Shown here in pieces: positions 12,126 through 25,263 of a stretch of 64,000 bases of DNA. A program made the position numbers and the translations under genes. Location of the stretch: contig NMRA01000131.1 of the NCBI GenBank assembly GCA_002633005.1, positions 835,139-899,138 on the forward strand. The letters run 5' to 3'. Source of the DNA: Phoronis australis (taxonomy: Eukaryota > Animalia > Phoronida). The stretch's first letter is position 1. Each line of letters opens with the position of its first letter. The notes under the pieces are model-generated. The model did no database searches. It was not told the DNA's origin and saw only the letters and a list, made by a program, of their open reading frames with translations.

Positions 12126-15014
12126 GAGCTCAGAGATGGATAGTCAAATAACTCGTCTCAAGCCTTAGTCACACTTTTAGAGCAAGGATGACGACGAAAT
12201 TATTTTGATTAAAAAGGCAGTAAATATGTATGTTGGTTGAGACGAGGGTTAATAGCCTCTTATGTGCCAGCTTGACGACCAGTTACACTCGGAAACTCAG
12301 TTGCAATCTGCATGTGGAATTGTGCCTTCTACCTTCTTGGCAAATCCTGTTTCGAAAACTCATCTTTATTTTACTGTTGTTAAGGGATCAAAACATTACA
12401 GTGGCTGGACTCTATAAAGCTGGACTACTAAATTCCGAGGAACTTTCCTGTGCCCAGAAACCTAACGACAACGGCCACCTATCTAACACTGCAGAACACC
12501 ATGCCCGCAAGATTGACGCATCGCATCGCATAAGTCACGTACAAAGTCATTTCAAAATTATGGAACACTGTTTGAATAAGAATAAGTCGTAAAGAGACGA
12601 CACATTTAAATAGTGTCAACATAACCATGGTGTACGAATTTCAATTGACGTTTTCAAAATGTCACAATCTGGGAGCGTGAACACTAACCTGGAAGCCATC
12701 GCAATTACGTTACATTAAGAAAACGAGTAATGCAGTGTTTCATAAAGTGGTGATAAAATTGCCATAGGCTGACATACTTGAGAATGTCATTTTAAACTAA
12801 CCTCAGGTTAGACACCAGCTCGACAATTTGTGTATAAAACAGCATGAACTTCCTGAACCGCCTAATTTCACGTTTTGGATGTTTCCTGTACCCCGTGGTC
12901 ACCAGACCTGATTGCACTAGGTTACTGAATTGGAAGAGTCTGGGCATCAAAACTGCAAGCAACAGCTAAACTTAAGGATTGACAGATGGGGGTATTGACC
13001 AACAAAGTGAGATTGTTCACGCGGTAGAGGTGAAAAGTATCATGTCTTGACTATGTTGCCAGAAAGAAAAGTTTAAATGCAATTTCTCTTTTTCGAGTTA
13101 TTTTCAATTACAATATGTCCCATTATTTCGAGAGCTATGAGCTATGGAATCTTGTATAGCTTTGTCATTGGACAAGACTTCCAAGGTTTTTTTTTGGCTC
13201 GGGGATGTAGATGGGCGTCAAAATGTGGGGCGAAACTTATGCCAGGCAAAGTTGGATTAAACATGACCCACATTTATATCAGACATGGGAAATTTTACCT
13301 AAATAACATCATGTGATCCGAATGTTGAACACAAGCCAATAACAATGAAACTCCAGAATGCACCGCTGATGCCGGGAGCTGGATGTACAGAACGAAAGAC
13401 GACTGTTTCAACAAGTTTCAATTCACAGATATTTGCCATGTGGAAGTTGTCCAACATCAATATCCAATTTTCACATTCTATTACTATAATATTTCATTTT
13501 TTACACAGGTGTCTCAAACGTTCACAATCAGTTTTGAAAATCAAATATTAGAAAAGGTGTTTGCCTCCAATCGATAGCAAACGAGTAGTAATGAATGTTT
13601 CGTTATTCGATGAATAATGAACGGCCGTATTTTGTTTTTCAGCTCCACCGTTCACACATGCGGTTTAGTCACATAAGACTGAGCACTTGATTAATAGCTT
13701 TTCAAGATGGCGACCAAAAGTTCCTAATACAGTTTATTAACCTTCATCGCTCATTTCTTTTAAAAACACAAGTCTGCAAACAAAAAGTAGATTCAATTGC
13801 ACAATATCTTGAAAGCAATCACAACGGGAAATAAGAGTTCTGAGAAAACGTAAAACGATTTGTGTACGGTGATGCCAGGGATTGGCAGAAAACTCAAAAC
13901 AAGCAGCCAAAAAGAACACCGTACTGCCTCCTACGAAGTATGGGGCGTCATTGGTATGTATAGGTTGAGCGAATTGCATATTGTCCTTAAAACCAGACAG
14001 AACGTGATCCACAAATCCTAAAGGAGTCTAAACGCTGCACTCTCTGCGCACTGAAGGAATATCCTGTCAATCAACATCACCTAGATTTTGACAATATGTA
14101 GGGCTGTCATGTATATACAAGATGGTCAAACGAGCTCCAGTGGTATGGAACAAACCCTTCAATTACGTTATCCCCAACATATGAGCCCCCCACTTGAACT
14201 GAAACACTCTGGCCAATGCAAGAAGGTGTCTATTGGTATCATTCGACGGATGCTAAGCCCGATTTCGATATTTTGTTCTACTCACATTTATTGATTACAC
14301 CTTGCTAATTTAAATCTTTAAAATGAAACAAAACTTTAGTACTCTTATAAATACTAAAATTTAAAGTTACTTATGGAAATTGTTACAAAGCCTGGCACAG
14401 TGGCAAGAATGACTATCCCCTTTAGCAACTTTCAGGATCACTGGATATAAATACCTTCCATCTTATAACGGATTATTCGTTTAGTGGTGCAGAGGGGCAA
14501 TGTCTTATTTGAACAATATTTCTATCGCTCAGGTAAGTGTTATTGGTGACCTAACTAGTGTTTGATGAAAAGACCATATGGAATTAGTATCATTGTAACC
14601 AAACATTGTTGAAGAAGTGAAGTATGGTGGCCAAGAATCTCAAATAACACCCAATCTTGTTTACAGCATGCCACGGAGGCTCACCAAATTAGCGCCAAAT
14701 GATTGGATATATACTTACCTACTCACACACCCATACACACTCAAACGGATGAAAGTGACGATTTTTTTCGTTTAAGTGAACAAAGCATGTGTAGTCGCGA
14801 GACATGTACACATCTTAACAGTTAAATGCTCTCTTTTTAACAGGATTCACATTGCACTAAAAAGAACAATAATATCAAGAGCAGTAATAGTAATAATGAT
14901 GTAGTGGACCCAATGTTACCACGTGATATATCAGACTATTCCAAACTACTCAATAAGACCCGACGCATGTCATAACAGAAGTTTAAGAACAATTTGATTT
15001 CACATTGTCCAATT

Positions 15015-15084
15015 CAGTGGCCGGCGCATCATAGGGGGTTGGGGGGTCTATATCCACAATTTTTTTACAGCTGCGCCACCCATG
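15015..15084. mobile_element. ~70-bp mini-MITE (family of 45702-45762)
   Basis: Imperfect TIR CAGTGGCCGGCGCA...TGCGCCACCCATG, flanked by aatt on both sides. Confidence 0.5.
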
Positions 15085-16019
15085 AATTGATGTATGTAGT
15101 AAGCGTTCAAATCAAAATATTCCCGAGTCCAGCCACAACATTGTCTCAATTTCCCTGAGTTCAGATTTTTAAAATGTTTAAGTCAAAGAGAAATTGTAAG
15201 TGCAATATATAAAACAAATAAAACACAAGCAGTTTTGCCAACATACAAACGCCATTAACACACTGTTCTACCTGCCTAGAAAAGCGACAAAACTTACTAT
15301 AATAATGTAATTCCAGATCTTATTAATTACAAGTTAAATATTCTATGACCTACTGACATTAATCAAAGTCCAGACATGGTAATCAAGGAGTAAACACAGT
15401 GTACATGCAGTTCCTCAAATACAATATGAGTACATTATTTACAAAACGGAATTTTTGATACCTGAACAACTTCAAATACTACTGAAATTACATGAAGATC
15501 ATTAGGTAATCATAAATACTGATCTCACTTCAATTTCCATACAGCAGAACTGCAGCTCATCATGTACCTGTTGTGATGATGACAGAGAAAGAACTACGAT
15601 TGATACCAAACTACACTAATTAATAACTTAGTCACTAGTCACGGAATGAACATGTCACTGTATGAAAAACTTTCATCATGTTTTCTTGCTTCCTGGGTAC
15701 GCAACAATGCACATGTTTAATATCGATGGCAATCGACATCAACATTGCACTTTTTAAACAAGTTGCATAGATCCAAATTAGTAAGGATCTATCTGGCAAG
15801 GATTTTTTGATGACACACTCTGTATAGTGGTGGAGAGAACTTGCAAGTGTGGGAACTATCCTCTGAGTATCCACATCTTGTCATCCAATTCCAGCAATAA
15901 TTAATCACACAGACATCAGACAAGCCGCACTGGCATTTCCATTTGACTCGCCTGGACATCCATCTCAAATCTTTGATTGACATACATAGCATGATGTTAA
16001 GACATAATGTCAGTGTACT

Positions 16020-16109
16020 TCAAATGTTGCTCTCTTTGTCTGTTGGCTGAACATTTTGGTTGGTGTCTTTTTCGCCTAGCAACCAGTACGTAGTGACGGA
16101 GCCCTTTCC
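16020..16109 (-). CDS. Guanylyl cyclase terminal coding exon
   Basis: cttacag|GGA. Translates GKGSVTTYWLLGEKDTNQNVQPTDKESNI-stop, the canonical 'KGKG..TTYWL' end. Confidence 0.93.
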   Translation of the reverse strand, partial: GKGSVTTYWLLGEKDTNQNVQPTDKESNI

Positions 16110-16589
16110 CTGTAAGTGTGCAGAGTATAAATATAACTGTTCCTTAGAACCCGTCACACCATTGCAGTTCTTAACAGGATTTTGAATGTGAGAAGAACCA
16201 AGGGGGAACTGAATAAGTGCCATGAAGTCTGTGTTAGACCCCGGTAGATGGTGTCGCATTCAAGGCATGCATTTCCTCAAAGGGAACTGTTTCTGCCCGT
16301 TCCCAGTCCTCATTATCAAGATTTCAAGCGGGGCTTGTATGTTAGGAGAACAAGTTTGGGGAGACGAGGCTCTAAGTGTCAGTCCTCCAAACCACCAGTG
16401 CGCTTCATCCCATATGCACTGAGTTGGTGGAATCAGCGACAATTACTTTCACAGATATGGTGGAGCCATGTCAGAATCGTTGGAAGGGCCCTACTAATCG
16501 ATTGATAGGCAGCTGCAGTTAACCAATTGCAGCGCCCTCTAAGTTACCTTTCTATTACTCTTATAAATGCTGGCAATAAGAGGTGAAAT

Positions 16590-17086
16590 GGTGACTTCAA
16601 GACAGCGTTTTCCGATTCAGTGACTTTACCAGACGAAGGGGAGTCTGAGCGCGTGATAACATATACATGTAGCTTCTTTGTTAACTGCCAAGCACTCTTT
16701 TGTCTGTTATGACAACAGGTATGCCAATTATCTACCAGGCTTATTATAAACCACGTGTGAACACCGTCAAACCCAGAGTGAATTGGTACATTAGGAAAGA
16801 ATAGATTATCGTAACTTCGGTTGCAATTTGGCGGTTTTGGCGATTCAAAAACTAAACATGATCACCATTTGACGAAGATTTCAGAAATGCTATTGGTTTA
16901 TGTTCAAATATGTTATAACTTAACTTTTATTTTTAACAGCACAGCCCAGTCAGGCTAGATACAATCTTATTGAAGATTAGAGCAATTATCGAACAAAAGA
17001 GAGCTGGCCCTCCAACCATGAATGCCAGAATGGAGTTAATCAGACGTGTAAGATATTGGCTACAGGGATAAACTTCCCAACTTGTA
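16590..17086 (+). repeat. Dispersed repeat, left arm of a ~500-bp inverted pair in the last cyclase intron
   Basis: Reverse complement of 18620-19100, e.g. gacagcgttttcc..cagtgactttac versus gtaaagtcactg..ggaaaacgctgtc. Confidence 0.85.
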
Positions 17087-17269
17087 AGCACCATTAGTTG
17101 GAGAGTCAGCAGGACTACATTCAGACTTTTTAGTGGAAAAAGTTTGACCGAGTAATTCTATTGCACATCAAATACCATTGAGGGGTCCAAAGGAGGACCC
17201 ATTTAATTAAAATCTTAAGTGCACCATCAGTTTTACGTTTATTTCATTCAAATCACCACTCAAATTAAA

Positions 17270-17540
17270 ATGATGCAAAACGTGTAATTTTCGTTCCAAT
17301 ACTTCAACTTTAACACGTTTAGCGTGTCAAACGTGGCGCTTGTGCCACAGTAGCGTGCCAAACGTGGCGCTTTTGCCACTCTAGCGTCTCAAACGGTGCG
17401 CTTTTGCCACGCTACCGTGTCAAACGTGGCGCTTTTGCCACGCTAGCTTGTCAAACGTGGCGCTTTTGCCACAATAGCCTGTAATATGGGTCATTGCCAT
17501 GGTAGCGACCCCACATTTAGCCTGAGGCAGTGGACAAGCC
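17270..17540 (+). repeat. Dispersed element carrying a ~32-bp palindrome-cored minisatellite (tgccacgctagcgtgtcaaacgtggcgcttt)
   Basis: About 5 tandem units plus unique flanks. The reverse complement recurs at 31435-31610, and a related array lies at 18345-18490. Confidence 0.8.
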
Positions 17541-17677
17541 ATACATGTAATTTTCTTGTTTATAGCAGCTCACCATGCACCATGGGAATCCATACTGAAA
17601 GCAAATGTATTAAGGGTTTTTTTCTTTAAGTCACTGAAATAAGAAAATGCTTCAGCATACAAGTTCGAAGTGCTTAA

Positions 17678-17680
17678 GTA

Positions 17681-17733
<53 letters not shown>
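17678..17733. repeat. (TA)n microsatellite
   Basis: Near-perfect TA run. Confidence 0.98.
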
Positions 17734-17736
<3 letters not shown>

Positions 17737-18344
17737 TTAGCTTTTTGAGTCATGCCAGTTGCTTGAAGACAGTTTATGAAGTAAAGAAAAGATGCAATTT
17801 GTAACATGTTTGAATTACCAAGAGCGATTCAACATTTGCCATAACAACGAGTTCATGTTGATTTTGCAGCCCAAACCTCTACACACAATGTCTTATCCTC
17901 ATTCAAGCTGACACAAAATGTGAGTTGATCCTATAGCAACAATGATGAAGATGAGAGGCGTTCCAACTTCATATATTACCTGCATAGTCAACAGTTTCTA
18001 CTGACTCTTGTTCACTGTTACACTGTTTAAAAGAAGTGCCTTTGGCAAGAAAAGTGTATCCAGAGTCAACCAGAGTACACACCAAACTTCTGCTAGAGCT
18101 GCGTCACACTCGAAAACCGTGCTTCATAAGTGCTCCCCTGACACAACTGCACTCTCTGACAGCTAAACCAAATCTAACTCAGTATTTGGACATTTGAAAA
18201 GGCAGTGAAATCTTTTGTTGCACATACTTTGATGTTATTAAGCGAACATGTTTAGTCATTCAAATTGGGTGATTACCTCCCAGCGGCCTTTTCAGAACTG
18301 CCGAGCCTATTTAAATTGTATCTCTGTTGAAGAGTTCTATCATA

Positions 18345-18490
18345 TTTTACACGTCTGATACGCTAGCGTGTACCATTTTACACGTTTGACACACAAGCGT
18401 ATTACATTTTAAACGTTTGACACGCTAGCGTGTCAAATTTTACACGTTTGGCACGCTAGCGTGGCACATTATTACACGTTTGACACGTTG
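18345..18490 (-). repeat. ~31-bp minisatellite related to 17310-17480
   Basis: tttacacgtttgacacgctagcgtg... repeated about 5 times. Confidence 0.8.
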
Positions 18491-18571
18491 CATCTATCGG
18501 GAGATCAACCAGGAACTTCCACAGTCACTTAAATGGTAAACATTTCCCTGCTGGCCATCTTCTTCGTCTGA

Positions 18572-19100
18572 ATGGCACTACGGCGTTTTCCCGATGCTCC
18601 CAACTTGTTCGATAACCCAACAACAAGTTGGGAAGTTTACCCTTGTAGCCCATATCTTACACGTCTGATTAACTCCATTCTGGCATTTATGGTTGGATGG
18701 CCAGCTCTCTTTTGTTCGAAAATTTCTCTAATCTCCAATAAGGTCCTATCTAGCCTGACTGGGCTGTGCTGTTAAAAATAAAAGTTAAGTTATAACATAT
18801 TTGAACATAAGCCCATAGCATTTTTGAAATCTTCGTCAAATGGTGATCGTGTTTAGTTTTTTAATCGCCAAAATCGCCCAACTGCAACCGAAGTTACGAC
18901 AATCTATTCTTTCCGAATACACCAATTCAATCTGAGTTTGACTGTGCTCACACGTGGTGTGTAATAAGCCTGGTACTGTAGATAATTGTGAGTGTGCTTG
19001 GCAGTTAACACAAAAGCTATATTTTATCACACGCTCAGAACCCCCTTCGTCGAGTAAAGTCACTGAACGGGAAAACGCTGTCATGGAGAATGTCCACATT
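18572..19100 (-). repeat. Dispersed repeat, right arm of the inverted pair
   Basis: Inverted match to 16590-17086. Contains a 12-bp hairpin tcccaacttgtt...aacaagttggga at ~18598-18633. Confidence 0.85.
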
Positions 19101-19394
19101 GGAAACATTTATTGACAAAACTGAACATATGATTCAAGCCGTGTAACGTGCTTATAAATGCCTCATATGCTATATGGTCACAAGTTTTTTTGTTTCTCGG
19201 CAAGTTGTGCATCAATTTTCGCTTTTCGACGACTGTTAATGCTCTATTCTAATAAAATATGGAACTAAAATTTTAAATAGATGACTAAATGGTTATATGT
19301 AAATTCTATTCTAAAGTCTTGGCAAGGCCTTGTCAATGATTACGTAACACTACGCAAGCGATTTGTGCGGTTCGATGGCTCAGTATATAGCTAT

Positions 19395-20235
19395 TGTTAG
19401 GAAGCCTTTGTCCTGAGTGACAGCCAGCAACTGGGGAAGGGAACGGGTGGCTCTCTGAGCTGCTGACCATCGTGTGTCTGCTCCTGTATTTGGACTACAA
19501 ACTTGAAAGTGCAGGTCCGTGCACTTGAAGAACTGGTTGGGTGCAAATGTTTAGGGTCCTTGACACAGGACACTGAGGTACTTCATATGTTCCTGTTTTT
19601 GTGATTGTCAAACATGGTTTAGGGATGTTTATAATCAATTATAAAATCAATTACATTTATTGTTTTTAATGACAGACTTGACGTCCAATGCTTAATTCAG
19701 GTTTCCTGTTTTGTGTGATTTTCTAAACCTCAAGAATGTATACTAGGAACTATTATTTATTATGCAACTTTCACTCTGTGTGTGTTCAGTCTTTCTTTGT
19801 AACCCATCCTCTCTTCCTCTCTTAACCACAATGTATATGTATTTGGGCATGAATCATTTCTTGGAACTTAACAGATGTATGTATCGTGTAGAACTCAGTT
19901 TGATTAAATATATCGAAGCATTAAGACGCTCTCTATCAGCTCTCTGCTCAGCACATCGAGCCACCTCATCTAGTTAACCCGCTAATACCCCACATTTTGG
20001 ATCACACACATTTTGGTGCCGTGACCATGGACAAGGCAGAGAAGATCAAACTCCTCAGAGTCAAGAGAGGGGCACAGAAAGGACAAATCACGCAACTTAA
20101 ACACAAGTTGGATACAGCACTGCATGAAGGTGACCATCCAAAAGCTCGTGCGATTTCCCATCTCATCGCCGAAAAACTGCAGACTGTCATCAACATCAAC
20201 GGCGAACTGCACCCCCTCATTTTGGATCACACACA
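19395..20235 (+). mobile_element. Truncated LTR retrotransposon (BEL/Pao-like): LTR + tRNA-His PBS + gag N-terminus
   Basis: Putative LTR TGTTAG (19395)...CTAATA (~19987). TGGTGCCGTGAC at 20014 is complementary to the tRNA-His 3' end. ATG at 20027 opens MDKAEKIKLLRVKRGAQKGQITQLKHKLD..., resembling BEL/Pao gag N-termini. Confidence 0.72.
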
Positions 20236-20951
20236 GTGATATTGTTCAGTTTCTGACTCAGTTTACACTCTGATTTGTCAAATTAAGGAAATTTGTCATG
20301 GTACTTATTCATGTAGTTTACAACGAGCCACAACGTCGCATATTTAGTGAAATGAGCATGTTAACAGATTTACCTCCTGTCTCGAAATTTTTAAGCCTAC
20401 TGCTACTAAACAGCTCCAATAAACCAATAAATATAACCAATATAGAAGCCATTAACATATTTAACTAATGGAGAACTGGATGTCCAATACACGGGCGAAT
20501 GCATAAAGGTTTGACCTCTTTTTGTAGCCACAACGTATATTTTAAAGACTATCTCCAACAAAAACGCTTGGAAATTGGTTCCTACAGTATGTTAAGAGCA
20601 TCGCTCTAAGCCCAATAGCCTCATAAATTGCTTTTGCATACATCACTTCGAGAATCACCTTTTAATTAAAATGGCATCTGCCAATAACATCCACACACAA
20701 TTGTGTTCAATTCAGACCCCTATTCAATTGTTGCCAGCCCTTTGTTGCTTGTGCTGGGCTCTGGCAGTGACGCAACAAGGCACACAAAGGCAGCTTCACC
20801 CATCATTTGACAGGCTTACATCTGCGTGACTGAACACGCTTTTTCTTATTTTACAAGACTTTGCTAGGACTATCTAGCTAGCCCGATACATCTAACATAA
20901 CAAAACTCCGTTGAAGTTAGGCTTTAATATACTGCTGCCTTTTTCACTAAC

Positions 20952-21043
20952 CTTCATTTCGACAGCGCCTCGTAACTGTAGTTCAAAACAACCGAATTTG
21001 TCGAGAATGGTTTTTGTGAATGGACTTACATGAATCTTCAATG
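20952..21043 (-). CDS. Guanylyl cyclase exon (92 bp)
   Basis: tttgcag|CA...AAG|gttagt. Translates [31 protein letters not shown]. Confidence 0.94.
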
Positions 21044-22179
21044 CTGCAAAACAAGAACTCTTGATTACACAAGTTCAATAGCATACTAAATTGTTTTTTA
21101 AAACACCTAAATTAACATTTCCTGATTAATTCCATGCGACTTTTAAGTCACTTTAAAATAGCTTGAAAACCACCACTTACCTTGTCTTGAAAAGAGACTA
21201 CATTACCATCATGCGCCGCATACGCAAAAGGAAAGTTAGAACTACAGCGTGGTCAAATACTTATGTTGTCACAATTAGCAAAAATGCCTCAGCATTCAGT
21301 ATTACAGCATAAACCATAGAAACACGATAAACAATATCTGACAACTTTTCACAATAAACACAACAAAGGAAGAATTGTGTTGTGATTGGTTGTCTCACAT
21401 TTGGGTAGCATATATCAACTACCATATTTGCCCTAATAAGCGCCCAGGGGGCTTACAAAAATTGCTTCGGGGGACGCTTATTATAGCGTAAGGCGGTTAA
21501 AGCCCGGTCTCCGAAATGGATGAATTCGTAATCTAGGATTTATTAAGTTTATGTTCTGTGACGCATTTGTAACCTATGACAGACTTTGTACAAAATTGTG
21601 GTGCATTGCTATCAAACTTCGTTGTTAAATTACGATCATTTTTCAGAGAATTGTGCTCAAATCCCAGGGCGAAAACTCGCGACTGATGCGTTGCTGCCTT
21701 GCGATCGCCGATAGGTCAACTTTATTTGTTGAATAAAAATACAGTTTCGACTCAACTAAGTAACTGAAGTCCTCCTTTAAGTTTTCGAAATAGCGTTCCT
21801 AAGATTTTTAAGTTCCTCTGGAGTCAGGATTAACTAAGTATTAAATCCAAATCTGTGCTATCTAGATCATACATGTACGACCCCGCTAATTGAGAAAAAT
21901 CTCTGGACGAACACACATATTCTTGTCATATGATCTTTGTTTTGAAGTTCGTCTGCGTGTGTGAGTGAGCGAGCGCTTGCGTGTCATCAGAGTTCATTTG
22001 CCAGAGTAAACGCGATGTAACGATATGGGTGTGCATTGACGCGAACAGTAAAGCAGAACGTGTTTCATTTAGCACTGGTTGATCTCATCTACTAGAAAAT
22101 GTTCGAGAATTGTCTTGGTAAGGCCGATATTAAATATCATTGAGTCGCCGAGACACTGGATGCATGACAGTGAGTTTAA

Positions 22180-23825
22180 AGGAGGATGCCACCCGATTTG
22201 ATTGGTCTTTTTTGCCGTCTTAATCGACCTATATCCACATCGCCTCGCATACGGTCGACCTTACCTTGCCGAGAGGTGTCACGTGAGGAAGTTGAGAAAC
22301 TGCGTAGCGACGTCAGTGGTTCATTTGCAGAGTAAATGCCGTTCCCGCTTGTCCGAACTATGCAGCTGCGACGAAAGCGGGTATATCGTTTTTTTTTCGA
22401 CTTCCTTCAGAGTCTGAAATTCTTAGAAAGTGGCTCGCGGTAGTGAAGAATGAAAAGTACGCTGTAAATAGCAAGTATGAGGTCGAGAAACGTCTTCGTC
22501 TCTGTGGTCTGCAGTTGTCGACAGTGCTTGGCGAATGCCGGCTTACCAAATAACTATCCATACGTTCCGTTGTCTGAGCTTGTTTACGGCGCCTCTAGTA
22601 GTTCTTCATCACTCTGCTCCTGTTCGAACTGATAGCCAGTGAGACTTAACGATCCACATGCGAAGTCTTCATTGGGATGAGCTCTCGTCTAAGTCGGGAT
22701 TGCGAGTTGCCATGTTGACGTTTATTTCTTAGCGTTCTGTTTCAATGAATATTTATTATTCTCACCCTAACCAATACTTATATAAAACTGAAACAAAGTC
22801 TGTCTCATTTGATACAATTTGTAATACCTTTGGAGTGTTCGTGAGTGCAAATGATTTGAAAAGCCAGCAATGCGTTACCGGCTTTAGGTGCAATAAAACT
22901 AATTGACGGGACACCGAGTCCGTGTGAGCTCATGTTAATTTAGTGTTTGCTGGCAGAAACTGTTGCGAAACAACTCGATTTCCATCCAACGGCCAGGTGT
23001 TAGGGGAATCATTATTTACATTTACAATTACATTATTCAAATAATGATTGTCAATGTACCACTTCTGCCCTGACGGTTCTGTGGCCAAAGCGGAACCTGA
23101 ATTCGCAGGCCCCGACGAGTAAGTAGATTTGCAGTTTCGTGGCTAATGTTCTCCAACATAATCACGTGCACATTACTTTGACTCACTGGTATAGTATTTT
23201 CTTGACTGGGAGTTAAGTTTCCAACTTTGGTTGGTTTATGCTCGTGATGTCTGATCGGTTTCTGAGCCCTGGCCGGAATTACGAGTCATCCGGCCGCGAC
23301 GGGCCTCCAGTGATCGGGCTCCGAGCCACTGGCCAGGATAACAAGCGTTTTAGTGTTTAGAACTCATAAAATCTCAAGTCATTACAACACAGATCTAGGT
23401 TCTCCTGTCTGTATCTCACGGAAAAATACTTCGAATTTATCTCCGAACAGACCCCAAACTCCTGCTACGGAACTTATTGGCCTGCCGAACTTTGTATGCT
23501 ACGGTGTGTCCAAATACCAATGAATCCGTAAACAGCGAAATAAAACAACACGTTTTTATGAGAACTCGGTGTAATTTTAAGGGTTTTACATCGAAGTTTA
23601 TAGATTTATTGGCGTTAAACGATGAATTCAAGCGATAAGCTGACACCCAGTAACCCGTGTTTTGGACTGCTGAACAGACTGCGTGTGGAACCAATTACGT
23701 CATTGAATAATTCCAACACCTCAGTCTGCCGTCAGGTGTCAGGTAACGCAGTCGTACGTGCCGTTATGGAGTACAACAACTCGATCTAAATTGATACAAA
23801 TTAGGTTTTTTTGGGTGTCATGCTA
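22180..23825 (+). mobile_element. Kolobok non-autonomous derivative (degenerate THAP on +, KolX-like N-terminus on -) nested in Tc2-like copy A
   Basis: TTAA|AGGAGGATGCCACCCGA start, degenerate right TIR (tgggtgtcatgct) at ~23812-23824. Homologous to 32521-33774, and host sequence resumes at 23827. Confidence 0.8.
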
Positions 23826-23876
23826 AGTTATTTTCCGGAAGATTCGGGGAGTTGATGGGTGCAGAAGTGTTCACTA

Positions 23877-24191
23877 TCAGTGATTCGCACTTTACACGTG
23901 TACAAAGGAATTTGCATTCCTGTTGAGGGAGAAGATGTGTACCGAAAGATACAACACACTCCTTTTGACAAGTATGCTGCATCTGTTCTGAAAGGCCAGA
24001 CCATATTAGGACACGTTCCTTGCAAGATTAGCAATTAAACTTTTGCATTCTTTTTGATCGGCAATAGTTAGAAGTTTATAATCACGGCTAAATACCGACA
24101 TAGCGACGAGGCTCATGGTCTCTAAATTACGCGCACAATGGTTTTTTCTGAACTGTCAGATTTTATTGATAAATTGAAGACGTTATTGTAG
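23877..24191 (+). pseudogene. HIRAN-like domain pseudogene inside the Tc2-like element
   Basis: One frame reads IRTLHVYKGICIPVEGE...TPFDKYAASVLKGQTILGHVPCKIS..FAFFL...ITAKYRHSDEAHGL*I..TMVF...FIDKLKTLL*, with 3 internal stops. It fits the RG.HVY / N..D.YA / GHVP / GL.IP pattern of HIRAN-like proteins. Confidence 0.65.
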
Positions 24192-24491
24192 AATTTCAGA
24201 ACTGCAGGTAATGAATTTTTCGCATGTACACATTCATGGGATGGGTGCTTATTTTAGCAAAGACTGAATACGCATGGGGGGGCACTTATAGGGGTATGGG
24301 CGCTTATTAGGGCGAATACCGTTATAACTACTCGTAACCTGAAATCAACTAAGTAACATATCGTCAAACATGTTTGTGGGTGTTGTAATTTGACAACTAA
24401 TCGACTCGTAGGATTTTTTTATTTGAAATTGGTAAATTTAAGCACTTTAAAACTAGATGTAAACAATAGCCTGGAAATAACACTTTTCTCA

Positions 24492-24740
<249 letters not shown>

Positions 24741-25088
24741 TCAAACAATGTACCACTGCAGGCCAAATGCATGTAGCAGAGTTTTTTCAGAAAAGTGGAC
24801 AAAAGAAAACGAATCCAAATTAGCCTGCGCAAAATGCCGGCAGTGTCTAATATAGACCATGTGGTTTTGAATACAGCAGCCGAAATGAAGGTATCCAGGA
24901 ATATTTGACATATGGAGATATACTGTCGGCGTATAATTAGCCAGTGAGGTAAGTTTCCGATTGGAATTTCTCGTAAATTTCCTTTTGCATGTTCTGTGAA
25001 ACTGGAAGAAGTTTAAGGATTGACATACATGTATATTTCCCAGGTATAAGGCTGGGCGGAAAACTTTGTTACCATCGCCAATGATTAC

Positions 25089-25263
25089 CTGAATGTAGTC
25101 CTATCCTGAGTTTCAGTTGTTCATTAGGCCTATGTCGAATTTTAAAAGACAACACGGCGTCCAGTAGACGCAGGGACATGCGTGCTATCTCTCTGGCGTG
25201 GAGGTCACCGTTTCTGATGGGAAGCCCCGACACGACCATGTAAGCGTCGCCAATTGTTTCCAC
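25089..25263 (-). CDS. Guanylyl cyclase exon (175 bp)
   Basis: ttttcag|GTG...G|gtaatc. Translates [58 protein letters not shown], with the GTP-specifying Glu in VETIGD. Confidence 0.96.

Larger units (their letters stand above)
21422..24322 (+). mobile_element. Tc2/pogo-type non-autonomous element (copy A) with a HIRAN-like pseudogene, interrupted by a Kolobok insertion
   Basis: TA|CCATATTTGCCCTAATAAGCGCCC ... GGGCGCTTATTAGGGCGAATACCG. Colinear with 35880-37302 apart from the 22180-23825 insert. Confidence 0.85.
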
